NCBI GenBank assembly: GCA_973851085.1
Contig: OZ316775.1
Span: 12,896,001 to 12,960,000, forward strand
Reading direction: 5' to 3'
DNA length: 64,000 nt
From: Ptychomitrium polyphyllum
Taxonomy: Eukaryota
Below, one piece after another: positions 40,018 to 53,013 of the stretch. Under the pieces are notes generated by a model. It saw nothing but the letters and a program-made list of their open reading frames with translations. It did no database searches and had not been told where the DNA came from. How positions within the stretch are numbered: the first letter of the stretch is position 1; every line of letters starts with the position of its first letter. The position numbers and the translations under genes were made by a program.

Positions 40018-41256
40018 ACGCTTATATCACTTAGAATATTTCCTAAGAAAATTCTTGCAAGGCTTAAAAATGTTTCTTTGGAGTAAAGATGAGCTATCGA
40101 TCCAATCTTACAAGTATTCAGATTATTAGAGTTTTCATGAATAGTCACTAACTTTTGATAGTTATATGATCCCGGAAGATGACTTAGAATCAGATCAATT
40201 GCACTGATTAGAAGTAGACAATTGAATAGTTGTACCAACAAAAATTCATCTACGTATGATTATAACATATGCTAATGTACTTCATAGTTGCATTGTATCC
40301 TTCTTAGGTATAAAATGTGATGTTGTACTTGGTTGTATAAATCAGACTTCTAATTCTAGAAAATTACGGAACCTTTCTAAGAAGTTTTTCAAGATGGTGG
40401 AACCTTCTTAAGAAACTTCCAGGGATTTGTAACCTTCCTTGGAAATTTTCTAAGGTGGTAGAATCTTCTTAGGAAATTTCTTGAGGTGGTGGAATCTTCC
40501 AAGGAAGTTTGATAAGGAGATGGAAACAACTATGGAGACATTGAAAGTATTCTAAGAAGCTACTTTAGCATATCAAAAAGTTCTAGAATGTTCTAAAGAC
40601 TATGTTGCATGATCTATGTCCATGACATCACCTTCCACATAGCAATAAGTCCCATGACGAGTTGTTTTTGAAGCTTGCTTGTCACATCTCTACAAATTCC
40701 AAAATTTGTCAAAGAAGAGAAACAACATATTTAGCTAGTCGTTTTTTGGCCACTGGTTCTACTGGTCCTTGCAAAAAGCGTAAAAACCACCAGCTAAAAT
40801 TTCTGTTGTTGAAATGTCTCAGCTCAAGACTTGATCTTAATTAGGTCCTTCAAAACATCTTCCAAATAGGATCTTTGGTCCTCTAGGAGCCACTCTTCTA
40901 ACTTCAAACAAGATGATTAGAGCTCTAATTCCTAATTGAAGACTGGAATGTGAAGAGTGATTGACTAATCTTTCTGCACGAGGTTGCACTTGACGTTGGA
41001 ATGTCTCTCTCATATCTTGACTTAGATCCTCCATTATTGAAGGCTGAGAAAGTTGAATTAGCTCAATAGATGCTGTTGTTGATGAAGGCACGGCTGATTG
41101 TTTTCCAAGAATACCTATAATAACACAAAGATTTGACATACTAGCTGATTCAGAAGTGATCTATTTTGGAAATAATATTGCATAAAATTGGAGGTTTAGA
41201 TATCTCTTTCTTCTTCTTATACTTTTTTATGGAATTTTTTTCCATAAAGCTAATAG

Positions 41257-42420
41257 TGTTGCAATCCTTGTAATGCACCTTAACAAATGTCACGCGTGTC
41301 CACCCTGTACACTTCCACATGCACCTGGTTATCTCCATTTTCACTTTCCAAGTTCCAGGCTTGGTTTCCAATTCCCCCTATCATTTCACTTAAAACATGT
41401 AATTAATTAATAGCCAATGGTTAGGTGCGGACTTCCATTCATGTTGAAGGCCTCACTTGGTGATACTCCCATTCCACACGGCCTAACCGCACTTAGTGGT
41501 GTCTCCTCACCACCACACATGATTCCAATGTGATCCTAAGATCACCCTGGGTCACCATAGTGCCGACATGAAGACACCACCCCAATTTAGTGATAATAAG
41601 CATATCCTTTTGATATCACTAGTTCCTTTTGTGAATTTGATCATCCATCAACTCACAATGGTGTGGGAGTCCCCGTGGTGAAGCCTCGACACTAGCTCCA
41701 CTAACTAAGACTTACTCTTGGTTCCTACCGGTATACTAAAGGAGTGGAAAATGAGACCAACCCTCCCCTATAGTACTCTTTGTAGAATTCGGCAGGCCCC
41801 CTGGCTCTCTAAAGCTGGCTGAACCCTGACACACCCAAAACTTTGGAAGATCACCCGATCTCCCTTGGGACTTAGCCGCTGGAAGCCTCCGGAACTTCCT
41901 ACGGACCTTCAGGGAGCCATATCTTCCAATTCTAATGTCCAAATCTATTAAGCAACTGCTTTATCGTCATTTATTCTTTGCGTAGATGCCAATAGACTCC
42001 TCAAACGTCCAATTTGACTTGCTATTCTTGGAGATATGCCTCTCCCAAGGTTCCGGACTCCCGAGGAGTCCTTCCTTGCACTGTCCCAATCCAATACAGT
42101 CACTGTCTAGGGCTGCCACAGTCCAGAATAGCCCTTTAGCAGTCCCAACTTTGCGATGCCATATCTTTTAGCTCCCTTGTCCAATTTTAGTAATCTTTAG
42201 CATTCTACAATCAACTCGTTGTAAGTCCTTCAATGCTTACAATTTCTCCCTTGTGGCCCTCGATTTACATAGGCGAAGATGTTTCTCCCCCTCCGGATCC
42301 TCTCCACGCTAGGCCTACTCGAGTTACTTCACTATTGGCGCCACAAGTCCTGGACGTCACTCCGGGATCCTCCTTGTGCCTTTAGTATTGCGGGCAATCT
42401 TAAAAGAGAAGTGCCCAACA
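41257..42420. mobile_element. GC-richer solo LTR (1164 bp) of another family, inserted just downstream of pol
   Basis: TGTTG...CAACA termini with TSD AATAG/AATAA; host sequence resumes in register. Confidence 0.85.
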
Positions 42421-44535
42421 AATAACTACTGATAACACATCATCACTGACTTATTTTCTGAAGATATCTTTGATGAAATTTGTTTACCTTGTCAGATGCA
42501 TTTGTTACGTTTACTGAAGGTTCTGATATTTGGTTATTGATGCCATGTCCTTGCCAATGTATAAGATATTCCACACATCTATTTTTTATGAGTGAATGTA
42601 AGATTTCTTTGACTTCATACTCCATTTCCTTATTGATTTCCACAAGAAGTAGCAGAAGAACAACCTTCTTTGGTATACATGACTTGTTGTTGTTTCCAAC
42701 GAAGATATGTGGAATACTGGATGAATCTGCATGCTTGGTAGTAGATTGAGGTGAATACTGACCGGATTAATTTATTTGCTAATTTCAAATGGTCCCAACC
42801 TTTGATAGTCCAGCTTCTTAGATGGCTTTTTGTTTAAATGTTTTGTCGTAGGAACCATACACTATCTCCAACTTTGAACTTTGAATGGTCTTTCCTATAA
42901 CTATTTGCATAAGTTTTGTATTGATCTTGAGCAATTTGTAAAGAATGAACTTTGAATTGTTGAAGAATGCATCATACTTTTGTTAGCAAACTCTGCCAAA
43001 AGTAAGAGGTTCATTTAGTTGTCTAGTTAGTAGTTTATGCTATAACAAAGGTACTGCTATAACATTTGATTCACATGTTTGGTTTGACTATTAGTTTAAA
43101 GATGGTGTGCTGAAGAAAGGTTGATCTTCATGCGAAACAGCTAGAATAGAGCCCTCCAATAGTTGGAAATGAACCACGGCCCTCAATCGGATACAATATC
43201 ATTTGGTAGTCCATATATGCGGTATATGTGATTTAAGAATAACTTAGCAGTTTCTTCTTCCATTGCCGTCTTGGTGCATGGAATGAAATACGCCATCTTG
43301 GTAAACCAATCCACCACTATTAAAATTAAAATCCTTAGAATTGGAGTTTGGAAGGTTTGTGATAAAATCCATTGACAATGACAACCATGGACCCTTTGGC
43401 ACTAGAAGCGGATGGAGGAGACCATGAGGTTGGTGTCTTGGTTTCTTGGCCCTTGCACAAGTGTCGCATGATTGAACAAAGTCCTTCACATACTTCCACA
43501 TTTGTGGCCACCAATAATCTCTAGCAATCAAGTCCATTGTTTTATCGAATCCAAAATGCCCTATTGTTGGAAAATCATGATGTGTTTGAAGGATCTTCAA
43601 TTGCATAGGACTTGGAAGTAGGTACAAAACTCTTTTATAGTAAAGTAGGCCCTTTTGGAACTCAAAGTCTTCATTGTTATTTGAAGGATTTTTGTTGTTT
43701 TTGAGGCGCTTCCTCATATTTGAAATAAAGACATCATTCTTCAAAGCCGTCCAAATTTTGTCAACATGGAATGTTGTTGTAATAATTGTTGCTTTCAATT
43801 GGAGATTCTATGGCTTCAATAAAACAATCTTTTATTGATCCAATATATCATTTTCAGATTGAAGAGCTAAATAAGCTCTTTGATATAAAGCATTTGGCTT
43901 ATTTTATAGGCTACCAGTTTGATAAGTAATGACAAAGTCAAATTTGGAAAGCAACATATTCTACCCTATTTGATGACAATTTAAAACACGCACACTCATG
44001 AATTATTCCAAGTTCTTTTGGTCTATGTATATTGTGGTGGTAAATTGAGCTCCTTCCAACAAGCGCCGCCATTCTTGAAACGCATCTACAATTGCAAGTA
44101 ATTCCTTATCATGTATATCATAGTTGATTTCTACAGCTGAAAATTTTCTTAAATAAAAGGCAATATGGTGAAGTCTCTCGCCTTCATCATATTGTAAGAG
44201 TACTGAGCCAAGTGCAAAATTTGAGGCATCCGCTTCCAAATAGAAAGGCATCAATGGATTTGGATGAATAAGGATTGGAGCCAACGTGAATGATTTCTTA
44301 AGACCTTGAAATGCTCTTTCTGCATCTTTATTCCAAGTGAATTTTTGCTTTCCTGTAAGTTGTATCAATGGTACTACAATCTTGGAATAGTCCTTGATGA
44401 ATATCTTATAGAAGTTTGCAAATTTTTAAAAGGATTGAATATTTTGAGTTGATCTTGGCGTACTCTACTTGAGTAGTGCCATTAAGATTGCAGAACTGAT
44501 GCAAAATAAGAAAGAGCCTTACTTATTGAACAAAG

Positions 44536-44670
44536 TGATCAAAGTAAAGACACTTTGTGATCAAAGTAAAGACACTTTGTGATCAAAATAAAGACACTTT
44601 GTGATCAAAGTAAAGACACTTTGTGATCAAAGTAAAGACACTTTGTGATCAAAGTAAAGACACTTTGTGA
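44536..44670. repeat. Six tandem copies of 22-bp TGATCAAAGTAAAGACACTTTG
   Basis: Direct head-to-tail repeats with one substitution and no spacers. Confidence 0.95.
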
Positions 44671-45750
44671 TTAAAACCATGCACGACCAAAAATTGGAAT
44701 TTATTTGGCATACTAATTTTTGGTCGTGCATGGTTTTAATATAAGCCTTTTTTTCCAATATTGGCCACTCATAATTGAACAATCTGTTGATATAAACTTT
44801 ACATATTGCCATTGAGTTTTTCAGCTTGCCGAGTATGCCATTCTAAATAATTGGTGGTATTAAAACAAGCGAGTACAATTTGAACTGTGTTTAGTAACTC
44901 TTAAAGGTCTGCAATAGTTGCAAACTTCTTTTTTAATATTCTAGGCACCTTATCCATTAATTTTGGTTGTTAAAGACAAAAAAACTATGAATATCTTCAA
45001 AAGAAGGCAATCCACGTCCTTTGAAAGATTGATCCTTCTTTAAAAGAAGTGGTATTTGCTTTTAGAAGAACAAATTAACTTATGGTGTTAGCTTAGAGGA
45101 GGGTAATCTACAACATCTAAGACGCTATGGAATTATGAAGATGATGGATAATCCACTATCTTCATCAAAAGTCTTGAGCTCTGATAAAAATGAAGAGTAG
45201 TCTTGCAAAACTATTAGGAACACAAGAAATAAGAAGCAAAAACGAAGTGTTTTCCAAGAATTAGTTTTCAATGAGCTAATGACTAATATGAACTATTAAA
45301 AAGTCTAGAGTAAGGCAGGATATAATATGATCCATAATTTGTGTTGGCAAGACTAAGGTATACCTTGTCTTACCTTCTATTTATACTATGACGCTTATAT
45401 TTCTTAAGATACTTCTAAGGAAGCTTTCTACAAGGCTTGAGAATGTTTTAGATGTCTATGGAACCTTTCCAAGAAATTTTCTTATATGGTAGAATCTTCC
45501 TAGGAAGTTTTTAAAGGTGGTGGAATCTTCTTAGGAAGATTTTTGAAGAGGTGGAGCCTTTTCAGGAAGTTTTTTAAAGAAGTAAAACCTTCCTAGGAAG
45601 TTTCATGAGGTAGTGGGATGTTTTGAAGAAGTTTCTCAAGGAGGTGGAAATGGTTATGGAGACATTGAAAGTATTCTAAAAACTTCTTTGATATACCAAA
45701 AGATACTAGGAGGTTCCAAATACTATGTTGCATGATTTATGCCTATGATA

Positions 45751-46990
45751 CTTGTTAGAATGCAAGCGCAAATCGAATTGTTATAACCGGTCAGACACTG
45801 CCTGTAAATGTTTCACATGCTTATTTAGGCTGTCAATAAAGATGATAGTATTATCAATGTAGGATCTAAAAAATGGTAAGCTAGCTTGAAGTCGGTCCAT
45901 TAGACTCTGAAACTCAACTAATGTGGTCTTCAGGCCAAATAGAAGAAACTTCCAATAATAAAGTTGATCCTTGCCATTGTGATCAACTCCCTTATATATT
46001 GTCTTCACTTCATTGCCCACAAACAATAGCAATTGGTGATAATCAAATCGTAAATCCAAAGTACTAAAAACTTGGAAAAATTCCATTCTATCAAATAATT
46101 CTTTTCGCATAGATATTGAATATTTATTTGGCTTGGTCTTACAATTAACTAGACAATAATTTCTAGACGTCTATTTTTGTCCAGTTGCAAAATACATCCT
46201 TCTTAGAAGGCATAATTGTGGCAAAAGCATAGTCACCATTAGAAATTTCAATTAATTTTGTAGCCAATGATTCCCAACAACAATTTTAAACACCATCTTT
46301 CTTTAAGGCACTCAGCTCATATGGCCGCTTAAAGATTGGGTGATCATCCTCAAGTTGAATGTGAATTAGTTTGCCTCTATAGTCTTTAAGATCCTCAAGA
46401 CTAAAGGCAGAATAATTACAATACAAGCAAGTAAAAGCATGTATCCTTTGTGCTTTGACACTGGTTAGATGTGGCCCTAATTCCAATGGCCAATCATCAA
46501 ACTTTGTAATCTCTTGCCAACCAATGGAGGACCATTACATATCGGCACAGCTTCTAATTGTTGATCTATAGATGGAGCTACATTTGTGCCCCAACATTCT
46601 CACATGTTGCCAAATGAGGGACTTTGTCACCAAAGTCTTGTGCTAAAGTAGCAAAGATTTGTTGAATTTGAAGTTCTTTTGTTGCATGTAATTTTAACTG
46701 AAGAAACAATTATAAATCCTCAATCTTGGTGAGTGTTGGCTCCATTGCTCCTTCGCCATTGCTTTTTGCTCTCAAAAGAAGAAAATGGCCATTATATTGT
46801 TGTTGTATAGCAAATCACATGCCAAGAATCCACACCATAATATAGATGTCCATAGCTTGCTTTAAAAAAAACGCCGCTAATCTTCTACAAGATCATGAAC
46901 AGCTGTAGTGCTTGATAAAAAGCCCATATTGTGAGTTATGGAATTAGCACATTATGGTTTTTCTTCTTAAAAATTGCTAAGAAGTGGTAT
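45751..46990 (-). mobile_element. Pol (RT) fragment of a third, apparently non-chromovirus Ty3/gypsy family
   Basis: ORFs 45781-46110 (FSTLDLR..YHQL..FGLK..FQ..MD..YID) and 46286-46486 (pre-RT, HPIFKRPYELS). Confidence 0.8.
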
Positions 46991-47038
46991 CTGTAGATAG
47001 AATTATGCCTAATTAGGACCAAAAAGCCAAATTAGAAA

Positions 47039-50000
47039 TGTGGTTGATCTTTAGGGAGATCGAAGGATAATTTGGACAGACACTCATGGCCTATGGTGGT
47101 TAAGCCCAGTAAATAGAGAGAAGTAGAGAAAGAGAAATAAGTTTCCAAAATTAGACAAATATAAAGTGATGTAATTAGGTTAAATATTAATTAAAATAGT
47201 GGCTAAAATTAAAATAACACCTAAAGCTTAAAAATAGTAGCTAAATTTAAGATAGTAGCTTAAAATAAAATATTAGCTAGATTTAAACTAGTTGTTCAAA
47301 TCTAGAGATCATTCAAAGTGAGAAAACAGCTAAATTTAAAATAGCAGCCAAAATTTAGGAAATAATTAGTTCAAAAATATTAGCTAAATTTAGAATATTG
47401 GAAAAAACCTAAGAATATAGATAAATTAAAAGCAATGGCCAAATTTATAATAATAGCTACATTTAAATTAATAGCTAAAATCAGCTCAATTTAGAACAGT
47501 ATGTGATCCAAAGAATCAGCTCAATTAATCAATTTCATTAATTAATAACTATTAGCATTAATTGCTAATAAATAGACTTATAATAGTACTAATTAGAATC
47601 ATTCTACTGACTATTTAAGCTTAAGGGTGGTTAGGCTAGTTAGATCCATGAAAAATATCAAAAAATCATGGAAGCTGTTATTTAAGGCAAACAAATGAAT
47701 TAGTGGTCAGACTTAACTAGTATTTTAGAATGTCTAATCACTAGGGGTTATGGTTAGATTAGGAAGTTGAACAAAGAGGTCCTAAAAGAATTTCTTCCAA
47801 CCAAAAGAACTGAAGAACACTTGTTTTAATCAAGTGCAAAAAAAGTACAAAAAGAAAAGAGAAAAGACATTGCAAGTTGTTTGAACCAAATCAATGATAG
47901 GCTACAAAAATTTAGTAATAAGTTAGGATTTAGCTAGTGGAAATTTAGATGAGTTAGTTGAAATCAATTGTAAGTAGGTTGGAACATAAGTTAAGTTAGT
48001 ATGACCATCCAAGTTAGTGCAAGGAATTAGAAATGGTTGAAGTTGGTTAGGAGCCCAATTTGTCATTGAGATAAGGGGCTTAGTCTAAAATTAGGTGTTG
48101 GAATTTAAAAATTAGGACACAATGCTAAGACATAGAAAGGTGGCCAAGGGAGAAGGAAGAGAAAAGTAGGAGAAGAGAATGAGGGTGAATGTGGGCAATG
48201 CCAAACCTTTGACGAAAGATTGCAAACAAATAACAGTAGTTATTTTAGTAGGCTTTTGTAAGAAGGAAGTAGAAATAGTAAGGACTCTAACAAACTAAGG
48301 GTTGCCCAATCTCAATAAGGGACAAAGCGGTGGCGGCGTTTTTAGTAGGAGGTTGGTTGCCGTCGCAGCTCAAGATACTTGACTTTGGAGGAGCGGATCA
48401 TTGCGCATACAACTCCAAATAGAGCAAGAACTGTTGGAGAAGGTAGATCAAGTTGTAAAGACTCTATGTACATTTAGACGACAAGATTTAGAGTTATAAA
48501 GTGTGGGTGGTAGCCAATTTGGTGCGACGAGGTCTATAGTTGGCGATTTCATGGCGCCTACTTAGGATTGAAACTTGCTCTCAAATTTTGGTTGTATTCT
48601 CTCTCGCCTTTAGAGATCAGATTGTGAATTTTGAAAAGAAGTTAGATCTAGGAGTTGCGGTTTTACAAACACCAAGATTATAAAATTTGAAATTGTGAGG
48701 CGCCTGTGGCATCCGATTTGGTGTGAGGGAGTCTTGCTGCCTTAAGCAGAAAGTGTTGTGAGGTTAAGTAGAATAATAGTTTGGTGGCTACTGGTTTAGA
48801 CCGCTAAATAAGGGATAATACCTTCTTAAATTAGGGCCAACCAACTCACTAAAGCCTTCTAAAATATTAAGTCATTAAAGTTGTAGTAAACAAGTAGTAA
48901 TTTAATACATAGCTATTTTACTACACTTCTAATTAGATGTTCACTAATATATGAGAAGAGTTGAAAAATTATGAATTTGATTCTAATCTAATTAAATCTG
49001 ACCTTGGACTACAATGCAATTTAGATAACCATAGCCTAAATAGAAAAGTGTGAACTAAATTGGCCTTCTATATAGTGAGGGTTAATTTAGGCCCACATTT
49101 TGGTGTGTCTGCCAAAAACATGTTTATTAGTTGTAGGATTGTAATAGAAGGTAACGTTTAGAAAGAAAAAAGAAAAAAGTCAATAATTAAATGGTCGAAG
49201 ATGGAGGTCAAGAAAAGTTGGAGTGCGGCTTAAGGTAAGTATTAAAATTTTGAAAGCATTTTTATTGAATAGGTATCCATTGTTTGATTTGATTTTGTTA
49301 TGCTTATTATGCAATATTTAATGGATGTAGATGCTTGCGTAGGCGTGCATGTATATTTGCCATAGTATGATAGAATCTTCTAGTTGGAAAATGAATGATG
49401 GATGAATGGATGAATGCCATGTATAAATGTTGATTGTTTAAAAGTGTTAAGATCAAAGTTAGGAATATATTAGATTAAAACTCGGTAAGATGTCAGGGTC
49501 GGATTTCTTTAACCGGGATAGATTGGCTGGAGATGCAATCAAGTACGTGTTCTTCACGATGATTGTGGAAATTCATATAAAACAAGTGATTTTTGTCTAG
49601 TAACTTTTTATTATTAACCTGGTAGTAGGTCATTCTTTTTTTGCACCCTAGGAGAGCAAAGGCAAGACATTCCTATCCCATAGTGTTTTATGTGGCATCA
49701 ATTGGATGTGAAAAAGAACAACATGATGCTCACCTAAGTAATTTTTCAATTGGTGTCTTTTTGTTGTTTCCTACCCATGAAGGAGAGTTTGCACACTTAA
49801 GTTGGTTGCGTGTCTCTTTTAATTAATCTTCATAATTCTTCTCACTATTAATCATCAAAATCTTAAATGAATGATATTGATATTGTTAGAAGATTAGCAG
49901 TTGGTCCAGTAATTAAGCATAGATGCAATATGGAATTTGTTCTAAGAAACCAGACTTAGTTCCTACTTTGGACAATATAGACAGATTGCATATTCCATGA

Positions 50001-51900
50001 GTAGCAACAATTCCGCTAAATAGAATTAGCTCCAATCTACCAAATCAAACTTTTGGAACCTATAATCAAGAAAATCCTCCAATTAGTACATTAGAGCCTA
50101 GTGAAATGGCTGCCCTAGTAGTTCTTCCTATAAATCCTTTGGTTAGACCAAGGAGCTTGCCTATAGTGGTCCCAGTTGGATTGGGAGCAACTAATATGTC
50201 CCCCAATTTCCTGAAGTTCCATGGGACTAAAATTAAAGATCCATTGCACCATGTAGAGCGATACATAGATGCCTTGGTAAGTTGTCTAGTGGCAAACCAA
50301 GGTTATTACTTGGTCTAGTTTTCCACCATACTACGCAATGAGGCCTATGATTGGTACCGCAATCAAGCGAAAGGAGTTTTTACTACCTGGGATAGACTCC
50401 AGAGGGATTTTTTATCCCATTTTGTTCCTAAAGTGGAACAAAATGCTACACAAAGGGCATTGGCTACAATGAGGCAAGGCAAGGAAGAAGACATTTGATC
50501 TTATACAAAGCGATTTGAATTGGTTTACAATAAGTTTGTGGGTGGAATGCTCAATGACAATACGTTGAGGCAGTTTTTTATTCAAGGGTTTTATAAGAGC
50601 TCTATAATTAGGAATATTTTGGAACGTCATTCTCCCACTTTAGAGCTAGCCAAGCAAGCTACTAAAGATGTGGAAGGAATAGAAAGGAAATACAAGAGGC
50701 TGTTGAGAAAGGAAGATGAATCCATCCTTCTTTTCATTCCTATTAGATCTAAAGAAGAAAATTTAGGTCCTTTAACATTAGCTCCCTTGCCCAGTCAAGT
50801 GGTTCCAATGGACACTAGGGAAGAGAGTTATCTTACACCCATAGCAATGAACCACCTTCTATTGTTCATTCTTTACTTCCACCAACAAAGGATGCCAACT
50901 TAGAAGCGGTCAAACACAAATTGTAGGCTAGTCAACAAAGCTTCAAGGATGACATTATGAGACAATTGCAAGTCTTGACAGATCAAATGGTAGGATTGGC
51001 TAGGAATTATAATTCAAATCCAATGCCACCTCCAATCGAGTTTGGTAGAGATACTTTAGGGTTGTAATGCACTGCTTGTGGTCAAACAGGGCATAACGCT
51101 AAGTTTTGCAATGCCATGTCATTGCAAGACCAGCAAAAGTACCAAAACCCTCATAGAGTTTAAATATATCAAGGACCAAACCAAAGGCAGTCAAACTTCC
51201 AGATGTCTAACCATGGGACTAATAATTGATATAGGCAAAGCCTTAAAATCCATGCTTTTTGTGGCTAACGCCATCCACCTGGCCAACGTTAAATAAAGAG
51301 CCAAATAGTTTGTAGAAAGTGTGGAGGTAATCACTCCACAGATGTGTGTAGGAGGCCTGATAAGGTGGTGCCTATACAACCACCTGCAGGCAATTATATC
51401 CAACAAGCTTATGCCAACCATAGGAGTGCTAGAGATCCCTCTTATGATAACACCTTAAGGCCTCTAAACCTTTACTATGATTATGACAACCATAGGCAAA
51501 ACCAGCATTGTCTAGAGGCACTTCAGACTAGTAAGGGCTTCCATCTTTTGAATCCTAATCATAATTTTAGCTAAGGTTCTAGGAATCCGCCATTTGGAGG
51601 GCAAGGCTCACAAGATGCAAGGTTTGCAGGACAAATTAATAGGAAGTTGGTAGAAGGCTAAGTTTCAACTTTTATAGTTTAATTTCATCTAGACCTTTTT
51701 GAGTCAAACTTAATCACATATATCTGGAGTCCCTCTAAGTTGCAGCAACCTGCTGTTTTTTTAGTCTTAGCTATCATGACTAGATCTAGAGCCGCCCAAT
51801 TGCCACCTACAGTGGAAAAAGAGGAATCTATTATAGAAAGCTCCCTTAATTTTTCAAAATTATACATTTTGGATTCAATAAAACCTTAGAACTCCCTTCT
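47039..51900 (+). mobile_element. 5' part of a large-LTR gypsy element: ~2-kb LTR (to 49097), PBS-like TTTTGGTGTGTCTGCC, long leader, decayed gag (~50000-51550)
   Basis: TGTGG...CCACA candidate termini; degenerate AATAGTAGCTAAA repeats at ~47190-47500; Retrotrans_gag-like (AYDWY..TTWDRLQRDFL..RQG) and Zn knuckles; boundaries approximate. Confidence 0.65.
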
Positions 51901-51949
51901 TGAAACTTTTGGTGGCTTTCAATGTGTAAATCCGTTAAAGAGTTTATAT

Positions 51950-53013
51950 TCTTGTGTAATACTTGTTTTAGGTCAAAAAACCCTTGATATCGTCTATATA
52001 GACTTTTTCAACTTCTAACTATTCTAAAGCAACCATGATCATCTATTTCAATGGATTTCATTATAGATCTTCCACCGTGAAATTTTTTTCATACCATCTT
52101 TGTTGTAATAGACCGGTTGACCAAGATGGCACATTTTGTACATTGCAAGAAGACAATTACGGGTGAAGAGACTGCTACACTCTTCATAGATAATGTCTAC
52201 CGCTACCATGGATTACTTGACAATATTATATTAGATTGTGGACCACAGTTGAAATCAAGATTTTGGAAGTTGTTCTTTAAAATCCTTAAAGTGGACATAA
52301 AATTTTCTTCTATCTTCCATCCTCAAATTAATGGTCAAACAGAGCAAGTCAACCAAATTTTGGAACAATATTTGAGGTGTACTACCAACTACCAATAAGA
52401 TGATTAGACTTCCTACTTGATATTGGCTAAGTTTGCCTACAACAGTATTGCTTCCACTTAATAAATGTCATACTACTCCAACTATGGACATCATCCAAAG
52501 ATGGATATGTTATAGCTTCCACAATTCAAAAATCTAATAGTAGAGGAATTTGCTACAAGAATGGCATAACTTCAAACAACCATGAAGAATCAATTAAAAG
52601 AAGCTTCGGAATAATATAAAACAACATCAGATGCAATAAGGAAGAAACAACTTCTATTTTAAGTTGGTGAGAAGGTGTGGCTTCTTTGATGCAGTATAAA
52701 GATAAATGGATCATGTGACAAGCTGAACTATTGTAGATTGGAATCATTTGCAACTGAAAAACAAGTCAATCATGTGGCATATTATTTTAAACTACCAACA
52801 TCAATAAAGGTAAATCTTGTCTTCTAAGTGTCACTTTTGGAAAAGAATCAAGTTTCCCTAAATTAAGGCAGCTACACCACCTGTAGTCAAAGTCAACAAT
52901 CATCATGAATTTGAAATGATCAAAGAAAATGAAATACGAATAAGATGTGGAAAGCTGTAATATTTGGTCCATAGGTGTGGATATAACATCAATAAACATA
53001 TATAGAAGCCAGC
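51950..53013 (+). mobile_element. Family-2 integrase/chromodomain fragment
   Basis: ORF 52117-52398 (KMAHF..HGL..I..D.GPQ..HPQ.NGQTE). Confidence 0.85.

Larger units (their letters stand above)
38269..45750 (-). mobile_element. Family-1 chromovirus with ~2-kb gag-RT deletion (5' LTR 45212-45750; 3' LTR 38269-40627 interrupted by two insertions)
   Basis: ORFs 44003-44368 (RNaseH), 43244-43798 (integrase), 42443-42643 (chromodomain EYEVKEIL..YLIHWQG), 40837-41139 (ORF3 N-terminal part). Confidence 0.9.

Noticed and set aside
44536..44670. 22-bp repeats as a CRISPR array
   Set aside because: Head-to-tail with no spacers, no cas genes, eukaryotic TE context.
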